The notes: generated from the letters alone by a model not told the origin. Numbered from the stretch's first letter, positions 1 to 10,030 are shown. The stretch: DNA of 64,000 nt from Terriglobia bacterium (GCA_963748015.1 CAVVHE010000006.1:204828-268827), one strand, 5' to 3'. Numbers and translations: made by a program.

Positions 1-808
1 GATCGGCAAGCTCGTCCTGGAGCCGATGGGCCTCGTCGATGCGCGACTGGGATTTTCGCGTGCGGGCCTTCGCCTTGCGGGAGAGCCACTGCAGCTCGCC
101 CCGGACGCGGTTGCGAAGGGAGTCCTGGTAGGAGGCCTGGCCGGCCAGAAGCTCGTCTTTCTCCTCGAGGTACCGGCTGTAGCTTCCCTTCACGTCCAGC
201 AGGCCGGAGGCGAACGCTCGATTCAGCTCGATCACTCGCCCGGTCGCGGCCTCCAGGAAGTAGCGGTCGTGACTCACGGCCAGGAACGCCTCGGGGTCGC
301 GCTGCAGCAGCTCCTCGAGCCACAGGATCCCCTCGAGGTCGAGATGATTGGTCGGCTCGTCGAGAAGGAGCAGGTCGGGCTCGCGGAGCAGCTCGCGGGC
401 GATGATCAGCCGCTTCTTCCAGCCGCCGGAGAGCGTCGCGGCGGCTTGGGCGGGCTCGGCGAAGCCGGCCTTTCCCATCGCCACGGCGATGCGAGCCTCC
501 GCCTCGCGCCCGTCGAGGCCAGCATCGCGCGCCGCCTCGCCCAGCACCGAGGCGACGGTGGCGCCCGGCGCGACGGTCGGTTCCTGGGGGACATACCCGA
601 TCCTGAGGCGCTTTCGCGTGACGCGCGTGCCGGCGGAAGGCGGCTCGAGCCCGGCCAGGATCTTGAGGAGCGTCGACTTGCCCGAGCCGTTCGGCCCCAC
701 GAGCCCGATATGGTCGCCTTCGAAGACACCGAACGAGAGGTCCTCGAAGAGCGGCGCCGCTCCGAAGGACATCGTCAGGCCCTGACAGGACAGCAAGAGC
801 TCGGGCAT
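1..808 (-). CDS. ABC-F family ATP-binding protein (Uup-like), 3' end outside window
   Basis: Not in ORF track (no stop in window). Manual translation from ATG at 808: [53 protein letters not shown] (Walker A), later [19 protein letters not shown] and VVSHDRYFL, all typical of ABC-F. Confidence 0.9.
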   Translation of the reverse strand, partial: MPELLLSCQGLTMSFGAAPLFEDLSFGVFEGDHIGLVGPNGSGKSTLLKILAGLEPPSAGTRVTRKRLRIGYVPQEPTVAPGATVASVLGEAARDAGLDGREAEARIAVAMGKAGFAEPAQAAATLSGGWKKRLIIARELLREPDLLLLDEPTNHLDLEGILWLEELLQRDPEAFLAVSHDRYFLEAATGRVIELNRAFASGLLDVKGSYSRYLEEKDELLAGQASYQDSLRNRVRGELQWLSRKAKARTRKSQSRIDEAHRLQDELAD

Positions 809-843
809 CGGATTTTCGAGCCTACCACGGTCCCGGCGCCATG

Positions 844-873
844 AAAAAAGGGGCGCCTCGCGAGAGGCGCCCC
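844..873 (-). terminator. Rho-independent terminator after the RRM gene
   Basis: Minus strand GGGGCGCCTC-TCGC-GAGGCGCCCC stem-loop followed by T6, about 30 nt past the RRM stop. Confidence 0.85.
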
Positions 874-904
874 GGTCGAGATCAAGCTCTGATGCGCGGA
901 GGGG

Positions 905-1234
905 TCAGTAGCGACGGCCGCCGCCACCACCACCACCCCGACGATCGCCACCGAAGCCGCCGCCGCCACCGCCGCCGCCGGCGGTGCGCTCCTTCGCCTC
1001 GTTGACGGTCAGCGCACGGCCTCCGAAGTCGTGGCCGTTCAGGTCGCGGATCGCGCCATCGGCGTCCTGGCTGCTGCCCATCTCCACGAAGCCGAAGCCG
1101 CGCGGGCGGCCGGTGTCGCGGTCCGTCACGAGCTTGACCTCGCCGACCGCGCGACCGTTCTGGGAGAAGAGTTCGCGGATCTGAGTTTCGTCCGCGGAGA
1201 AGGGGAGGTTGCCGACGTAGAGTCTGGTACCCAT
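905..1234 (-). CDS. Glycine-rich RRM RNA-binding protein
   Basis: RNP2 LYVGNL, RNP1 RGFGFVEM, Gly/Arg-rich tail. Confidence 0.95.
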   Translation of the reverse strand: MGTRLYVGNLPFSADETQIRELFSQNGRAVGEVKLVTDRDTGRPRGFGFVEMGSSQDADGAIRDLNGHDFGGRALTVNEAKERTAGGGGGGGGFGGDRRGGGGGGGRRY

Positions 1235-1389
1235 GCTGGAACTCCTGACGTCCGAGTAGGACGTCGATGTCCGGTTCCGGCCGCCGACCCGATCCTACGG
1301 GTCAGAGACACGCGCGTCAGCGCGTTTTCAGCTTCGGCGCGTCAAGCTATCGTTTCTGTACGAGAGTTTGCCGACCAGAACCTGCCGAC

Positions 1390-1418
1390 AAGGTACGCCA
1401 TGGAACGGAGTCTGTCAA
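1390..1418 (-). promoter_or_regulatory. Sigma70-type promoter of the RRM gene
   Basis: Minus strand TTGACA-N17-TACCTT, giving a 5' UTR of about 150 nt. Confidence 0.7.
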
Positions 1419-1433
1419 TACCGCCGCCGACTC

Positions 1434-2156
1434 CTATCCGAAGCTCTCCTCGATCGCGCCCCGGCGCTGGAGGAAAAGGGCGACGATCCAGCACGTGAGG
1501 GACCACGCCAGCCCGGCGGCCCACCCCGCGAGCACGTCGGTCGGGTAGTGGACGCCGAGGAAGATCCTGCTGACACCGATGAGCGCGGTCAGGACGACGG
1601 CGACCGAAAGAACGTAGACGCGCATGCGCAGCGGCGAAACCTCCCTCGCGAGCAAGGCGCCGAGAGTCAGGTAGACCGTGGCGGCGAGCACCGAGTGGCC
1701 GCTGGGGAAGCTCAGCGACGACACGTGTTCGAGGTGCGGGACGATCGCGGGGCGCGGCCGGCCGAAGTAGGCCTTCAAGAGGGCGGTCAGCAGAGCACCC
1801 CCGAAGGTTGCGAAGACGGTCAGCCACATGGCGTGGCGCTTGTTCGACAGCCGCAGGAATCCGACCACGATCATCGTGACCAGGAACAGGACGACGGTGC
1901 TGCCCAGGGCGCTGACACCGCGAGCGACCTCCGTCATCCACTCCGGCCCGATGGGGCGCGCGAGATCGGGGGCCTGCCTGAGGCTCGTCAGCACCCACTC
2001 GTCGATCTTCTGCGTGTCCCTCTCGGTCACCTCGTCCGCAATCGCGATGAAACAGAGTCCCGCGAAGACCGCGACGAGCAGAGGCACCACGACCACGATC
2101 TCCTGGCCGAGCAGCTCCTTCACGAAGCGTACGAACCTGGCGGGCCGGCGGGTCAT
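1434..2156 (-). CDS. PAP2 superfamily membrane phosphatase
   Basis: KAYFGRPRP, SFPSGH and SRIFLGVHYPTDV motifs with several TM helices; start reassigned to ATG 2156. Confidence 0.9.
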   Translation of the reverse strand: MTRRPARFVRFVKELLGQEIVVVVPLLVAVFAGLCFIAIADEVTERDTQKIDEWVLTSLRQAPDLARPIGPEWMTEVARGVSALGSTVVLFLVTMIVVGFLRLSNKRHAMWLTVFATFGGALLTALLKAYFGRPRPAIVPHLEHVSSLSFPSGHSVLAATVYLTLGALLAREVSPLRMRVYVLSVAVVLTALIGVSRIFLGVHYPTDVLAGWAAGLAWSLTCWIVALFLQRRGAIEESFG

Positions 2157-2349
2157 CGAGTGCGCTCCTCGCGGGCTGAGATCGCGTCCGGCCCGAGATT
2201 GTACGACGAGGCCTCGGCCGGCCCCCCATCGGCCCCCCGCGGAAGCGTTGCCGCCACGATTCGGTCCGGCGGGTGAGGCGAACCAAGAGGACCGGGCGTA
2301 CCCTGGAACCGCTCCCCGCCCGCCGGGCGGACGAACGAGGAGAAACAAG

Positions 2350-2766
2350 ATGCCGGCAAACAGAGATCTCGTCGCGAGGTGGGTCGCCCTGGGACCTCGG
2401 CTGCAGAGTCTGCTTCGGATCGTGGCCGCGTTCATGTTCATGCTCTCCGGCACGACGATCGTCTTCGCCGTTCCCGCCGGGATGCCCCCTGACGGCGGTA
2501 CCGCCCCCCTGATGTCCCAGATCTGGATCGGAGGCGTTCTCGAGCTGGTCGGTGGCGCCCTGCTCCTCGTGGGGCTCTTCACCCGCCCCGTCGCCTTCCT
2601 CCTGGCCGGCGAGATGGCCGTGGCGTACTTCCAGTTCCACTTCCCCCAGGGCTTCTGGCCCAGCATGAACGGCGGGGTCGCCGCCGCGCTCTACTGTTTC
2701 GTCTGGCTCTACTTCTCCGCGGCCGGGGCGGGGCCGTGGAGCCTGGACGCGAGGCGGGAGAAGTAG
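2350..2766 (+). CDS. DoxX family membrane protein
   Basis: LRIVAAF...ELVGGALLLVGLFTRPVAF...GEMAVAYF...GAGPWSLD; GAGGAG RBS before ATG 2350. Confidence 0.9.
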   Translation: MPANRDLVARWVALGPRLQSLLRIVAAFMFMLSGTTIVFAVPAGMPPDGGTAPLMSQIWIGGVLELVGGALLLVGLFTRPVAFLLAGEMAVAYFQFHFPQGFWPSMNGGVAAALYCFVWLYFSAAGAGPWSLDARREK

Positions 2767-2844
2767 CGTTCCTCCGTGTATGCTGGTCACGGGTCGTGAC
2801 GGACGGGGCGGGGAAGCAACCCGCGACCGAGAGCAAGAGCGCTC

Positions 2845-4518
2845 ATGAAGATGGATGAGGGAACGCCTCGGCCGAGCCTGGGCCGCCGCGCAGCGGTAGC
2901 CGTCATCTTCGTCTCCATCGCCGTCAATCTGGTCCTGATCGGAAGAATGCTCTGGACGAAGGAGCGTGCCGTCGCGACGGTCGATGTCTCGCCGCAGGAG
3001 GCGGACGGGCTCGCGGGGGAGGTTCCTTCCTCGCTCCCGGTGGAATCGAGCGAGCGCGCGAGACTCCTAGGGGAGGGCGAGGAGGCGGCGCCCCGGCCAC
3101 GGCCCCAAGGAGAGAATCCGGCCGCCGCGGGACCGGGGTACGGGCGGCGTGCCGACGAGACCGCTCGCCGGTACGCGGCGACCGAAGGAATGGACGCGGG
3201 CACGCGGAGCGGGGAACGAGGCGAAGCGACGGGCTTCGCGGGGGACACGGGGCCCGCGGGTCGTCCCGCGTCGGCCGCGCCGGTCGTAGCGCCGCCATCT
3301 CGTCCGCAGGACGCAGCCCGTCCCGGCGGTTCCGGCCCGCCGGCCGGAAGCCCGGGAATCGCCTCCGTCGCCGCGCCGCCGGGCTCGACCCGATCGGCCG
3401 AAGACGCCGCGGCCACGGCGGTCAAGCCGGCCGTGGAATCCGACCCCGCCTCGGATCGCAGCCCGCCGGTGCTTCAAGCCCTGGTATTCGATCCGCCGGA
3501 GGTCGCGGACGGAGGCGTGACGACGCTGGTGGCGCAAGTGGGCGACGACCTGTCGGGCGTGAAGCTCGTCTGGGGCGTGCTCCGGAGCCCGAGCGGGGCC
3601 GCGAACCTGCAGTTCGGTCCCCAAGCCCTGGCCGACAACGGCCAGGCGGCTTTCAAGATCCCCATCGGCGCCGAGGCCGAGACGGGCGTGTGGTACGTCT
3701 CGACCCTCTCGCTGACCGACAAGGCGGGCAACACCGCGGTCCAGAGCTTCACGACGGCGACGGTCCCTCCGGGAGGCACGCTGCGGGTCGTTTCCGCGGA
3801 GTCGGACTCCACCCCGCCCGAGGTGACCCGGATCTGGGTGGAGAAGCCGTCGGTGGAAGGCGGGGAAACGAACCGGGTCGAGATCGAAGCCCGGGACGAT
3901 CGCTCGGGCGTCGCCTCGATCATGGGGTATTTCCGCAGTCCCGGGAAGGCAGCGCAGCTCTGGTTCAACTGCGCGCCGAAAGAGAGCGCGGACCCGTGCG
4001 TGGGAGAGCTACGCGTCCCCGCGACCGCGGACTGCGGGGAGTGGACGCTGCAGTTCGTGAAGTCCACGGACAAGGCCGGCAACGTCGCCTATCTGCCGCA
4101 GAACTCTCCGCTGATGGCGGGTGCCGCGTTCCAGGTCTCGGGTGGGACCGAATGCGATTCCAGCCCCCCCAGTCTCGATTCGCTCGCCCTCTCGTCGTCG
4201 GTCGTCTCGAACGAGGCCGCGAGCGAGATCCTGGTGACGGCGACGGTGAGCGACGTCGGGAGCGGGGCGATCTCGATGACGGGGTGGTTCGAAGGACCGG
4301 TCGCGACGAGCGGTCAGGCCCCCAGGAACTACTTCTCCTGCATCCCGGATCGCAACGATCCTTCGGCTCCCTGGACCGGGAAGATCGTGGTGCCGCAGTT
4401 CGCCGCCAAGGGCACGTGGAGGATCGGGCTGATCACCCTGCAGGACAAGGCTCGCAACATCCGGCAGTACACGTACACGGATCCCGCGGTCGCCGGAAGC
4501 GTCTTCCTGGTGCAGTGA
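2845..4518 (+). CDS. Membrane-anchored protein with low-complexity stalk and three Ig-like repeats
   Basis: N-terminal TM helix, Ala/Pro/Gly linker, then three 117-aa repeats (DxxPP...DDxSG...GxW...DKAGN). Confidence 0.8.
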   Translation: MKMDEGTPRPSLGRRAAVAVIFVSIAVNLVLIGRMLWTKERAVATVDVSPQEADGLAGEVPSSLPVESSERARLLGEGEEAAPRPRPQGENPAAAGPGYGRRADETARRYAATEGMDAGTRSGERGEATGFAGDTGPAGRPASAAPVVAPPSRPQDAARPGGSGPPAGSPGIASVAAPPGSTRSAEDAAATAVKPAVESDPASDRSPPVLQALVFDPPEVADGGVTTLVAQVGDDLSGVKLVWGVLRSPSGAANLQFGPQALADNGQAAFKIPIGAEAETGVWYVSTLSLTDKAGNTAVQSFTTATVPPGGTLRVVSAESDSTPPEVTRIWVEKPSVEGGETNRVEIEARDDRSGVASIMGYFRSPGKAAQLWFNCAPKESADPCVGELRVPATADCGEWTLQFVKSTDKAGNVAYLPQNSPLMAGAAFQVSGGTECDSSPPSLDSLALSSSVVSNEAASEILVTATVSDVGSGAISMTGWFEGPVATSGQAPRNYFSCIPDRNDPSAPWTGKIVVPQFAAKGTWRIGLITLQDKARNIRQYTYTDPAVAGSVFLVQ

Positions 4519-4616
4519 GGGGAGTGTCGCGTCCGGCAGCCGCCGCTCGTGCGGCCCGACGGCGCCGCCGGCCGGTGCCGTGTACAATCGGAGTTTACCC
4601 CCGGAGGAATCTCGAC

Positions 4617-5810
4617 ATGAGCCGATACCGCTCCGTTCGCCTCTCGTGCGGACTCGCGACCATCCTCGGGCTTGCGGCGTGCGCGCTGATCTTGGGCGCG
4701 GTGGTCGACCTCGAGCCCGGAGCGTCGGCGCAGGCTCCGCCGGCCGCCGCTCCCGGAGCGGTGCCGCCGCCGCAGCGCACGGGGCCTCCTTCCAAGCCGC
4801 CGACGCACGACCAGAAGGCGGAGGAGTACTTCAAGAACATCAAGGTCCTGACCGGCGTCCCGGCGGACGAGGTGATCCCGGCGATGCAGTTCATGTCGGC
4901 TTCCCTCGGCGTCGACTGCGAGCACTGCCACGTCGAGCGCGCCAACGAGAAGGACGACAAGAAGGAGAAGGAGACGGCGCGCAAGATGATCTCGATGGTG
5001 ATGGCGGTCAACCGGGACAGCTTCGCGGGAAAGCGCGAGGTCACCTGCAACTCCTGCCATCGCGGCGCGGTGCGTCCCGCCGCGGCCCCCGCAGTCGCGG
5101 AATCAGCCTCGACGACGGCGCCGGAGCGGGGCGGCGCGGAGGCGAAGCCCGCCGACTTGCCCGCCGCAGATGCCGTCCTCGACAAGTACTTGCAGGCCGT
5201 CGGCGGAGCCGGGGCGCTCGAGAAGATCACGAGCCGCGTGCAGAAGGGGAAGATGGCCGGGTTCGGTCCCGCGGAGATGCCGGTCGAGGTGTACTCGGAG
5301 GCGCCCGACAGGCGGGTCTCGATCGTCCACACGCCGAGGGGCGACAGCATCACCGCCTACGACGGCAAGACCGGCTGGCTCGGCAGCGCGGGCCGTCCCC
5401 CGCGCGACATGTCGCCGGCCGAGAGCGAAGCCGCCCGGCTCGACGCGGACTTGCGGCTGCCGGCGCGCATCAAGCAGCTGTTCAAGGAGATCAAGATCGC
5501 GCCGCAGGAGAAGGTCGACGGCCGCGACGCCAACCATCTCGTAGGGATCAACGACGGGAAGCCGCCCGTCGAGTTCTGGTTCGACGCGCAGTCGGGGTTC
5601 CTGGTTCGAATGATGCGCTACTCGGAGACGCCGCTCGGCCGCAACCCGACGCGGATCGACTACGCCGACTACCGGGACGCGGACGGCGTCAAGATCCCGT
5701 TCCGGTGGGCCGTCTCCCGGCCGGGGAGCCGGTTCGAGATCTCGGTCGACGAGACGCGGCAGAACGTCCCGATCGAGAAAACCCGGTTCGAGAAGCCTGC
5801 GTCGTCGTGA
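4617..5810 (+). CDS. Diheme c-type cytochrome (PufC/reaction-centre cytochrome-like domain) fused to a beta-rich C-terminal domain
   Basis: Signal peptide; FKNIKVL...M...LGVDCEHCH...ARKM...VTCNSCHRG pattern; GGAGG RBS before ATG 4617. Confidence 0.8.
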   Translation: MSRYRSVRLSCGLATILGLAACALILGAVVDLEPGASAQAPPAAAPGAVPPPQRTGPPSKPPTHDQKAEEYFKNIKVLTGVPADEVIPAMQFMSASLGVDCEHCHVERANEKDDKKEKETARKMISMVMAVNRDSFAGKREVTCNSCHRGAVRPAAAPAVAESASTTAPERGGAEAKPADLPAADAVLDKYLQAVGGAGALEKITSRVQKGKMAGFGPAEMPVEVYSEAPDRRVSIVHTPRGDSITAYDGKTGWLGSAGRPPRDMSPAESEAARLDADLRLPARIKQLFKEIKIAPQEKVDGRDANHLVGINDGKPPVEFWFDAQSGFLVRMMRYSETPLGRNPTRIDYADYRDADGVKIPFRWAVSRPGSRFEISVDETRQNVPIEKTRFEKPASS

Positions 5811-5874
5811 CGGGAGTATCGGCTCGGCGACTTGCCCGGTAGTACGCCGCTATAATGACCCGGTTGAGGCGGAG

Positions 5875-6858
5875 ATGCGGCTTCGAGATCGTCAAGGGCT
5901 TACGCGGGCCGCGGGAGTCCTGCTGCTCGCGTGGTGCCTGACCGCGGCGCTCGAGCCGTCGGTGCTCGGTGCCGGCGGGTCGGCGTGCGCTCGGTACTCC
6001 GTGCGCGGTGTCGTTCCCGGCATGACGCTCGCCGAGGTCCGGAAACGGCTGGGTGCGGGCGAGGCCACGGAGGTCGTCCGCGGGCCCGCCGGTCCCCAGA
6101 GCGGGGTGACCTACTCCAGGGACAACCTCGTCGTCTACGTCCTTTTCGACCTCGACATCTCGAAGAGCGCCGATGCCGAGGTCGTCCTGGTGCGCGCGCG
6201 CCCCCGGGCGGGCGTCGCCGACCCGGTCGCGTTCGTCCGCTCGATCGTCCCCGATCTCGCCGAGCCGGCCCTGGGCCAGGAGCACCTCTCGGACGGTTTC
6301 ACGCACGGCGCGACGGTCTGGGACGACGAGAGCTGCGGCGTCGAGGTCTCGGCGTATCGCGGACAGGCCGAGTGGTGGCAGCCGGGGAACGGAACCTTGT
6401 TCCTGCAGATCGCTTCGATCCGCTTCGCGGACGCGGAGGCCTCCAGGATGTCGGAGAGCTTCGCCCCGCTGGCCGTCGCCGGCGCGGCCTCGGCGCCGCA
6501 GTCGAAGCCTCCCGATGAGCTCAAGATGTCCCCCGAGGCCTCCGCGATGCCGCCCAACGCCGCGCCCGTCCCGGCCCCGGCGGATGTCCCGGAGCCGGTG
6601 CTGATTCCCGCGTCGTATGTCCCGCCCCGCTACCCGGACCTCGCCCGGAGAATGAACTTCCGGGGGAACGTCTCGCTGAGGGTCCAGGTGAAGAGCGACG
6701 GGACCGTCGGAGAGGTCGGCGTGCTCGAGGCGTCGCAGACGGGGATGGGTTTCGAGCAAGCCGCGATGGACGCCGTCAAGAAGTGGCGATACCAGCCGGC
6801 CACGAGAGGCGGCAAGCCCGAGGACGCGACCCTCACCGTCCGGCTGGTGTTCGAGTAG
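5875..6858 (+). CDS. TonB C-terminal domain protein with an unknown N-terminal periplasmic domain
   Basis: PRYPDLARRMNFRGNVSL...DGTV...AAMDAVKKWRYQPA; Pro-rich linker; TATAAT at 5851-5856. Confidence 0.85.
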   Translation: MRLRDRQGLTRAAGVLLLAWCLTAALEPSVLGAGGSACARYSVRGVVPGMTLAEVRKRLGAGEATEVVRGPAGPQSGVTYSRDNLVVYVLFDLDISKSADAEVVLVRARPRAGVADPVAFVRSIVPDLAEPALGQEHLSDGFTHGATVWDDESCGVEVSAYRGQAEWWQPGNGTLFLQIASIRFADAEASRMSESFAPLAVAGAASAPQSKPPDELKMSPEASAMPPNAAPVPAPADVPEPVLIPASYVPPRYPDLARRMNFRGNVSLRVQVKSDGTVGEVGVLEASQTGMGFEQAAMDAVKKWRYQPATRGGKPEDATLTVRLVFE

Positions 6859-7069
6859 ACGCCGCCCCTCCCCGTGTCGTGCTTACACGGTGGTTCTTTC
6901 CTCGAGTCGATGCGGGGCGGGCCGGCGTGAACCCTAGGAAGGCCGTGGATGCCGCCCGAGTGCGGCCCGTCGCGGCCGGTACGTTTCTTGCTGCGGTTTC
7001 CCGGGGGGGCGACGGCGCAAGTCCGCCCCAAGGCGTCACGCGAAGCGGCAAGAGGGGAGGCGAAGTCCT

Positions 7070-7564
7070 ATGTCCTGGATCGCCCAGAACACGAACACCG
7101 AACCCGAGCGTCCCGCTCCGGCGGCGGCCCCCGCGCCGCACTCGGCCGCGGCTCCGCTCGCGAATCCCCGCGGGGAGAGACCGGAGATGACCCAGATGGC
7201 GAACATCGGCAAATCGCTCCAGATCAAGGGCGAACTGAGCGGCAACGAGGATCTCACGATCGATGGGGCGGTGGAGGGGAAGATCCTCCTGAACGGTCAC
7301 AACCTGGCGATCGGGCAGAGCGGCCGCGTCGTCGCCGAGGTGGGCGCCAAGACCGTCGTCGTGGGGGGCGATCTCAAGGGGAACATCACCGCCGAGGACA
7401 AGGTGGAGGTGTCGGCGACCGGGAGCATGAAGGGCGATATCCGCGCCCCCCGAGTCGTCCTGGCGGACGGCGCCCGCTTCAAGGGCAGCATCGACATGGG
7501 AGGCGAGGGCGCGGCGGCCCCGCGGCCCGCGGCCGCGGCGGCAGGGAAACCCCCTTCGGCCTAG
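7070..7564 (+). CDS. Bactofilin (polymer-forming cytoskeletal protein)
   Basis: IGKSLQIKGELSGNEDLTIDGAVEGKI...GARFKGSIDM beta-helix signature. Confidence 0.93.
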   Translation: MSWIAQNTNTEPERPAPAAAPAPHSAAAPLANPRGERPEMTQMANIGKSLQIKGELSGNEDLTIDGAVEGKILLNGHNLAIGQSGRVVAEVGAKTVVVGGDLKGNITAEDKVEVSATGSMKGDIRAPRVVLADGARFKGSIDMGGEGAAAPRPAAAAAGKPPSA

Positions 7565-7624
7565 CCGTCCATCCTGGCCATTCGCGGCCTTGACGCGGCA
7601 AGCGCGTGCCCCGAAACTAGGGTC

Positions 7625-9007
7625 GTGCCTCCGAAGCCCGCCTGCCGGCGATCTTCGCTGATCGGTCTCGGCCCGCTCGTCGCGGTGATGTATTTCACCG
7701 TCTCCGGCGGGCCCTACGGGCTCGAAGGGCTCGTCGGCGCGGTCGGGCCGGGCGTGGCCCTGCTGCTCCTCGTCGTCACGCCGATTCTCTACAGCCTGCC
7801 CGAGGCGCTTCTCGTCGGCGAACTGGCGTCCATGCTCCCCGCCGAAGGCGGGTACTACGTCTGGGTCCGCAGGGCGTTCGGTCGCTTCTGGGGCTTTTGG
7901 AACGGCTGGCTGTCGTGGATCTACTCGCTCCTCGACATGGCGATCTATCCCGTCCTGCTCATCCAGTACCTGCGCTTCTTCTTCCCCGACCTCACGACGA
8001 TCGGCGCGTGGATGGTGGCGCTCGCGATGATCTGGGGAGCGACGTGGCTCAATCTCCGGGGAACGCGCGCCGTGGGGTTCGCTTCGGGCTGGCTGGCGGT
8101 CGCGGTGCTCGCGCCGTTCGCCGTGCTCACGGCGGTCGCGCTCACGCGGTGGCTCGGCGGCTCGACGGCGGCGACGCTTCCGGTGACGCCCTTTCACGCC
8201 GCGGGGACGTCGTTCCTCGGCGCCCTCGGGATCGGCCTGTCGCAGTCGATCTGGAATTACAGCGGGTGGGACAACGCCTCGACGATCGGCGGCGAGATCG
8301 ACCGCCCCTCGTCGAACTACCCTCGCGCGCTGGCGCTCGCCCTCCCGCTCACGACCGGCATCTACCTGCTGGCGATCGTGCCGGTGCTCGCCGTGACCGG
8401 ATGGGAGGCCTGGACCGACGGCGCGTGGCCCGCCCTCGCCAGCGCGCTCGCCGGGGGATGGCTGGGGACGTGGATCGCGCTGGCGGGGATGGCGAGCGCG
8501 TTCGCCCTGTTCAACGCCCTCCTGCTCGTCTACTCGCGCGTCCCGCTGGTGCTGGCGCAGGACGGCCTGCTTCCCGAGATCCTCACCCGCACCGACGAGA
8601 GGGGCACGCCGCGGAACGCCGTCCTCGTCTCGGCCGCGGCTTACTCGGTCTTCGCCCTCGTGCCATTCGGCGGACTGCTCGCGGGAGACGTGCTCCTCTA
8701 CACCGCCGCCCTGTCCCTCGAGTTCGCGGCGCTCCTCAAGCTGCGCCGCTCGGAACCCGGCCTGCGCGGCGATTTCCGGGTCCCCCTGGGCGTCCCGGCG
8801 CTCGCGGCGCTCGCGGCCCTTCCCGTCCTCCTGATCGTCGCGACCGTGCTCCTCGAGATCAGGAGCCGCGACATCGGCTTGCCCGCCGTTCTCGGGTCGC
8901 TCGCCCTGGCCGCCGTCGGGCCCCTCGCGTACGCGCTGGCGCCGCCGCGCGCACCGGCGCTCGACGCGCTGCCGGAAGAGCAACCACCCCGGGGACCGGA
9001 GGCCTGA
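7625..9007 (+). CDS. APC family amino acid/polyamine permease
   Basis: About 12 TM helices; SGGPYGLE, EGGYYVWV, WNYSGWD motifs. Confidence 0.9.
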   Translation: MPPKPACRRSSLIGLGPLVAVMYFTVSGGPYGLEGLVGAVGPGVALLLLVVTPILYSLPEALLVGELASMLPAEGGYYVWVRRAFGRFWGFWNGWLSWIYSLLDMAIYPVLLIQYLRFFFPDLTTIGAWMVALAMIWGATWLNLRGTRAVGFASGWLAVAVLAPFAVLTAVALTRWLGGSTAATLPVTPFHAAGTSFLGALGIGLSQSIWNYSGWDNASTIGGEIDRPSSNYPRALALALPLTTGIYLLAIVPVLAVTGWEAWTDGAWPALASALAGGWLGTWIALAGMASAFALFNALLLVYSRVPLVLAQDGLLPEILTRTDERGTPRNAVLVSAAAYSVFALVPFGGLLAGDVLLYTAALSLEFAALLKLRRSEPGLRGDFRVPLGVPALAALAALPVLLIVATVLLEIRSRDIGLPAVLGSLALAAVGPLAYALAPPRAPALDALPEEQPPRGPEA

Positions 9008-9009
9008 CC

Positions 9010-9930
9010 TCAGGCGGGCCCGTAGCGGGACAAGGCGACCGTCACGTTGTCGGGGGCGCCGCGCCCGAGCGCGATCTCGACGAGGGAGCGGCACGCCGCC
9101 TCGGCGGACGTCGGCTCGGCGAGAATCGCCGCGATCTCTTCGTCGGCCGCCACGCCGTGGAGGCCGTCCGTGCACAGCAGCACGGAGTCTCCCTCGGCGA
9201 GCTGGATTCGATGCACGTCGACGTCCGTGAGGGGCGCCCCCCCGCCGAGGACGTTCGTGAGCACGTTCCGGAGCCGGTGGGTCGCCGCTTCCTCGCGGGT
9301 CAGCAAGCCGGCCTCCACGAGCTTCTGCACCCGCGTGTGATCGCGCGTGAGTTGCCGCAGCGTTCCTTCCCGGAACAGGTAGGCGCGGGAGTCCCCTACG
9401 TGGGCCAGGAAGAGATCGAGGCCGATGCTGTACGTCAGGGTCAGGGTCGTTCCCATCCCGAAGAGGGAAGGGTCGATGCGCGAGCGCTCCGCGAGGAGCG
9501 AATCGAGGCTCCGGTACCGGCTGACGTTGCGCTCCTGGATCTTCTGCGCGCTCTGATCGTCCACCTTCAGGACCCAGTCGGGGGTATCGAACAGGAGGTG
9601 GAAGAAGACGATGAGCACCGTCCGGCTCGCGATCTCGCCCCCGGCGTGGCCGCCCATCCCGTCGGCGACGGCCGCGACGTACCCCGCCTCCTCGAGGCGA
9701 CCCGGGATCTCGCCGGCCGGCAGGCTCGTCGCGATCATCTGCGAGAATCGCCCCAGGCGTCCGAGGTAGAAGTGATCCTGGTTCTCCGAGCGCACCTTGC
9801 CGCGATCGGACAGCCCGAAGGAATCCACCCGGACCGCCACCGCCGGATTGCTGGGCGGCCCCGCCCTGTGGCCCAGCGCCGTCGCGCGCAGGGCCGGGGG
9901 CAAGGTGTCTCGATCGGTCGACTCCGGCAT
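9010..9930 (-). CDS. PP2C (PrpC/Stp1-like) Ser/Thr protein phosphatase
   Basis: RSENQD, VADGMGG, MGTT, HVGDSR, LCTDGL, DNVT motifs. Confidence 0.93.
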   Translation of the reverse strand: MPESTDRDTLPPALRATALGHRAGPPSNPAVAVRVDSFGLSDRGKVRSENQDHFYLGRLGRFSQMIATSLPAGEIPGRLEEAGYVAAVADGMGGHAGGEIASRTVLIVFFHLLFDTPDWVLKVDDQSAQKIQERNVSRYRSLDSLLAERSRIDPSLFGMGTTLTLTYSIGLDLFLAHVGDSRAYLFREGTLRQLTRDHTRVQKLVEAGLLTREEAATHRLRNVLTNVLGGGAPLTDVDVHRIQLAEGDSVLLCTDGLHGVAADEEIAAILAEPTSAEAACRSLVEIALGRGAPDNVTVALSRYGPA

Positions 9931-10030
9931 GTCCCAAGGTTACCACGGGGGGGCCCTGCCCGGTGAGGGCGAGGCGGCCGGTCGGCCGGGCTTCCTTTCC
10001 CGCGCGGGCGGCACCCTTTATACTGGTCGG

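Noticed and set aside
26..844. 272-aa plus-strand ORF
   Set aside because: Antisense shadow of the ABC-F gene, which has clear motifs on the minus strand.
4617..5100. Evidence of phototrophy from the PufC-like domain
   Set aside because: Only two hemes and no reaction-centre or bacteriochlorophyll genes in the window.
6833..9946. 1037-aa minus-strand ORF and similar long Arg/Gly/Pro-rich ORFs (10114..13278, 38126..42415, 47817..51473)
   Set aside because: Off-frame or antisense artefacts of high GC content that overlap well-supported genes and carry no motifs.
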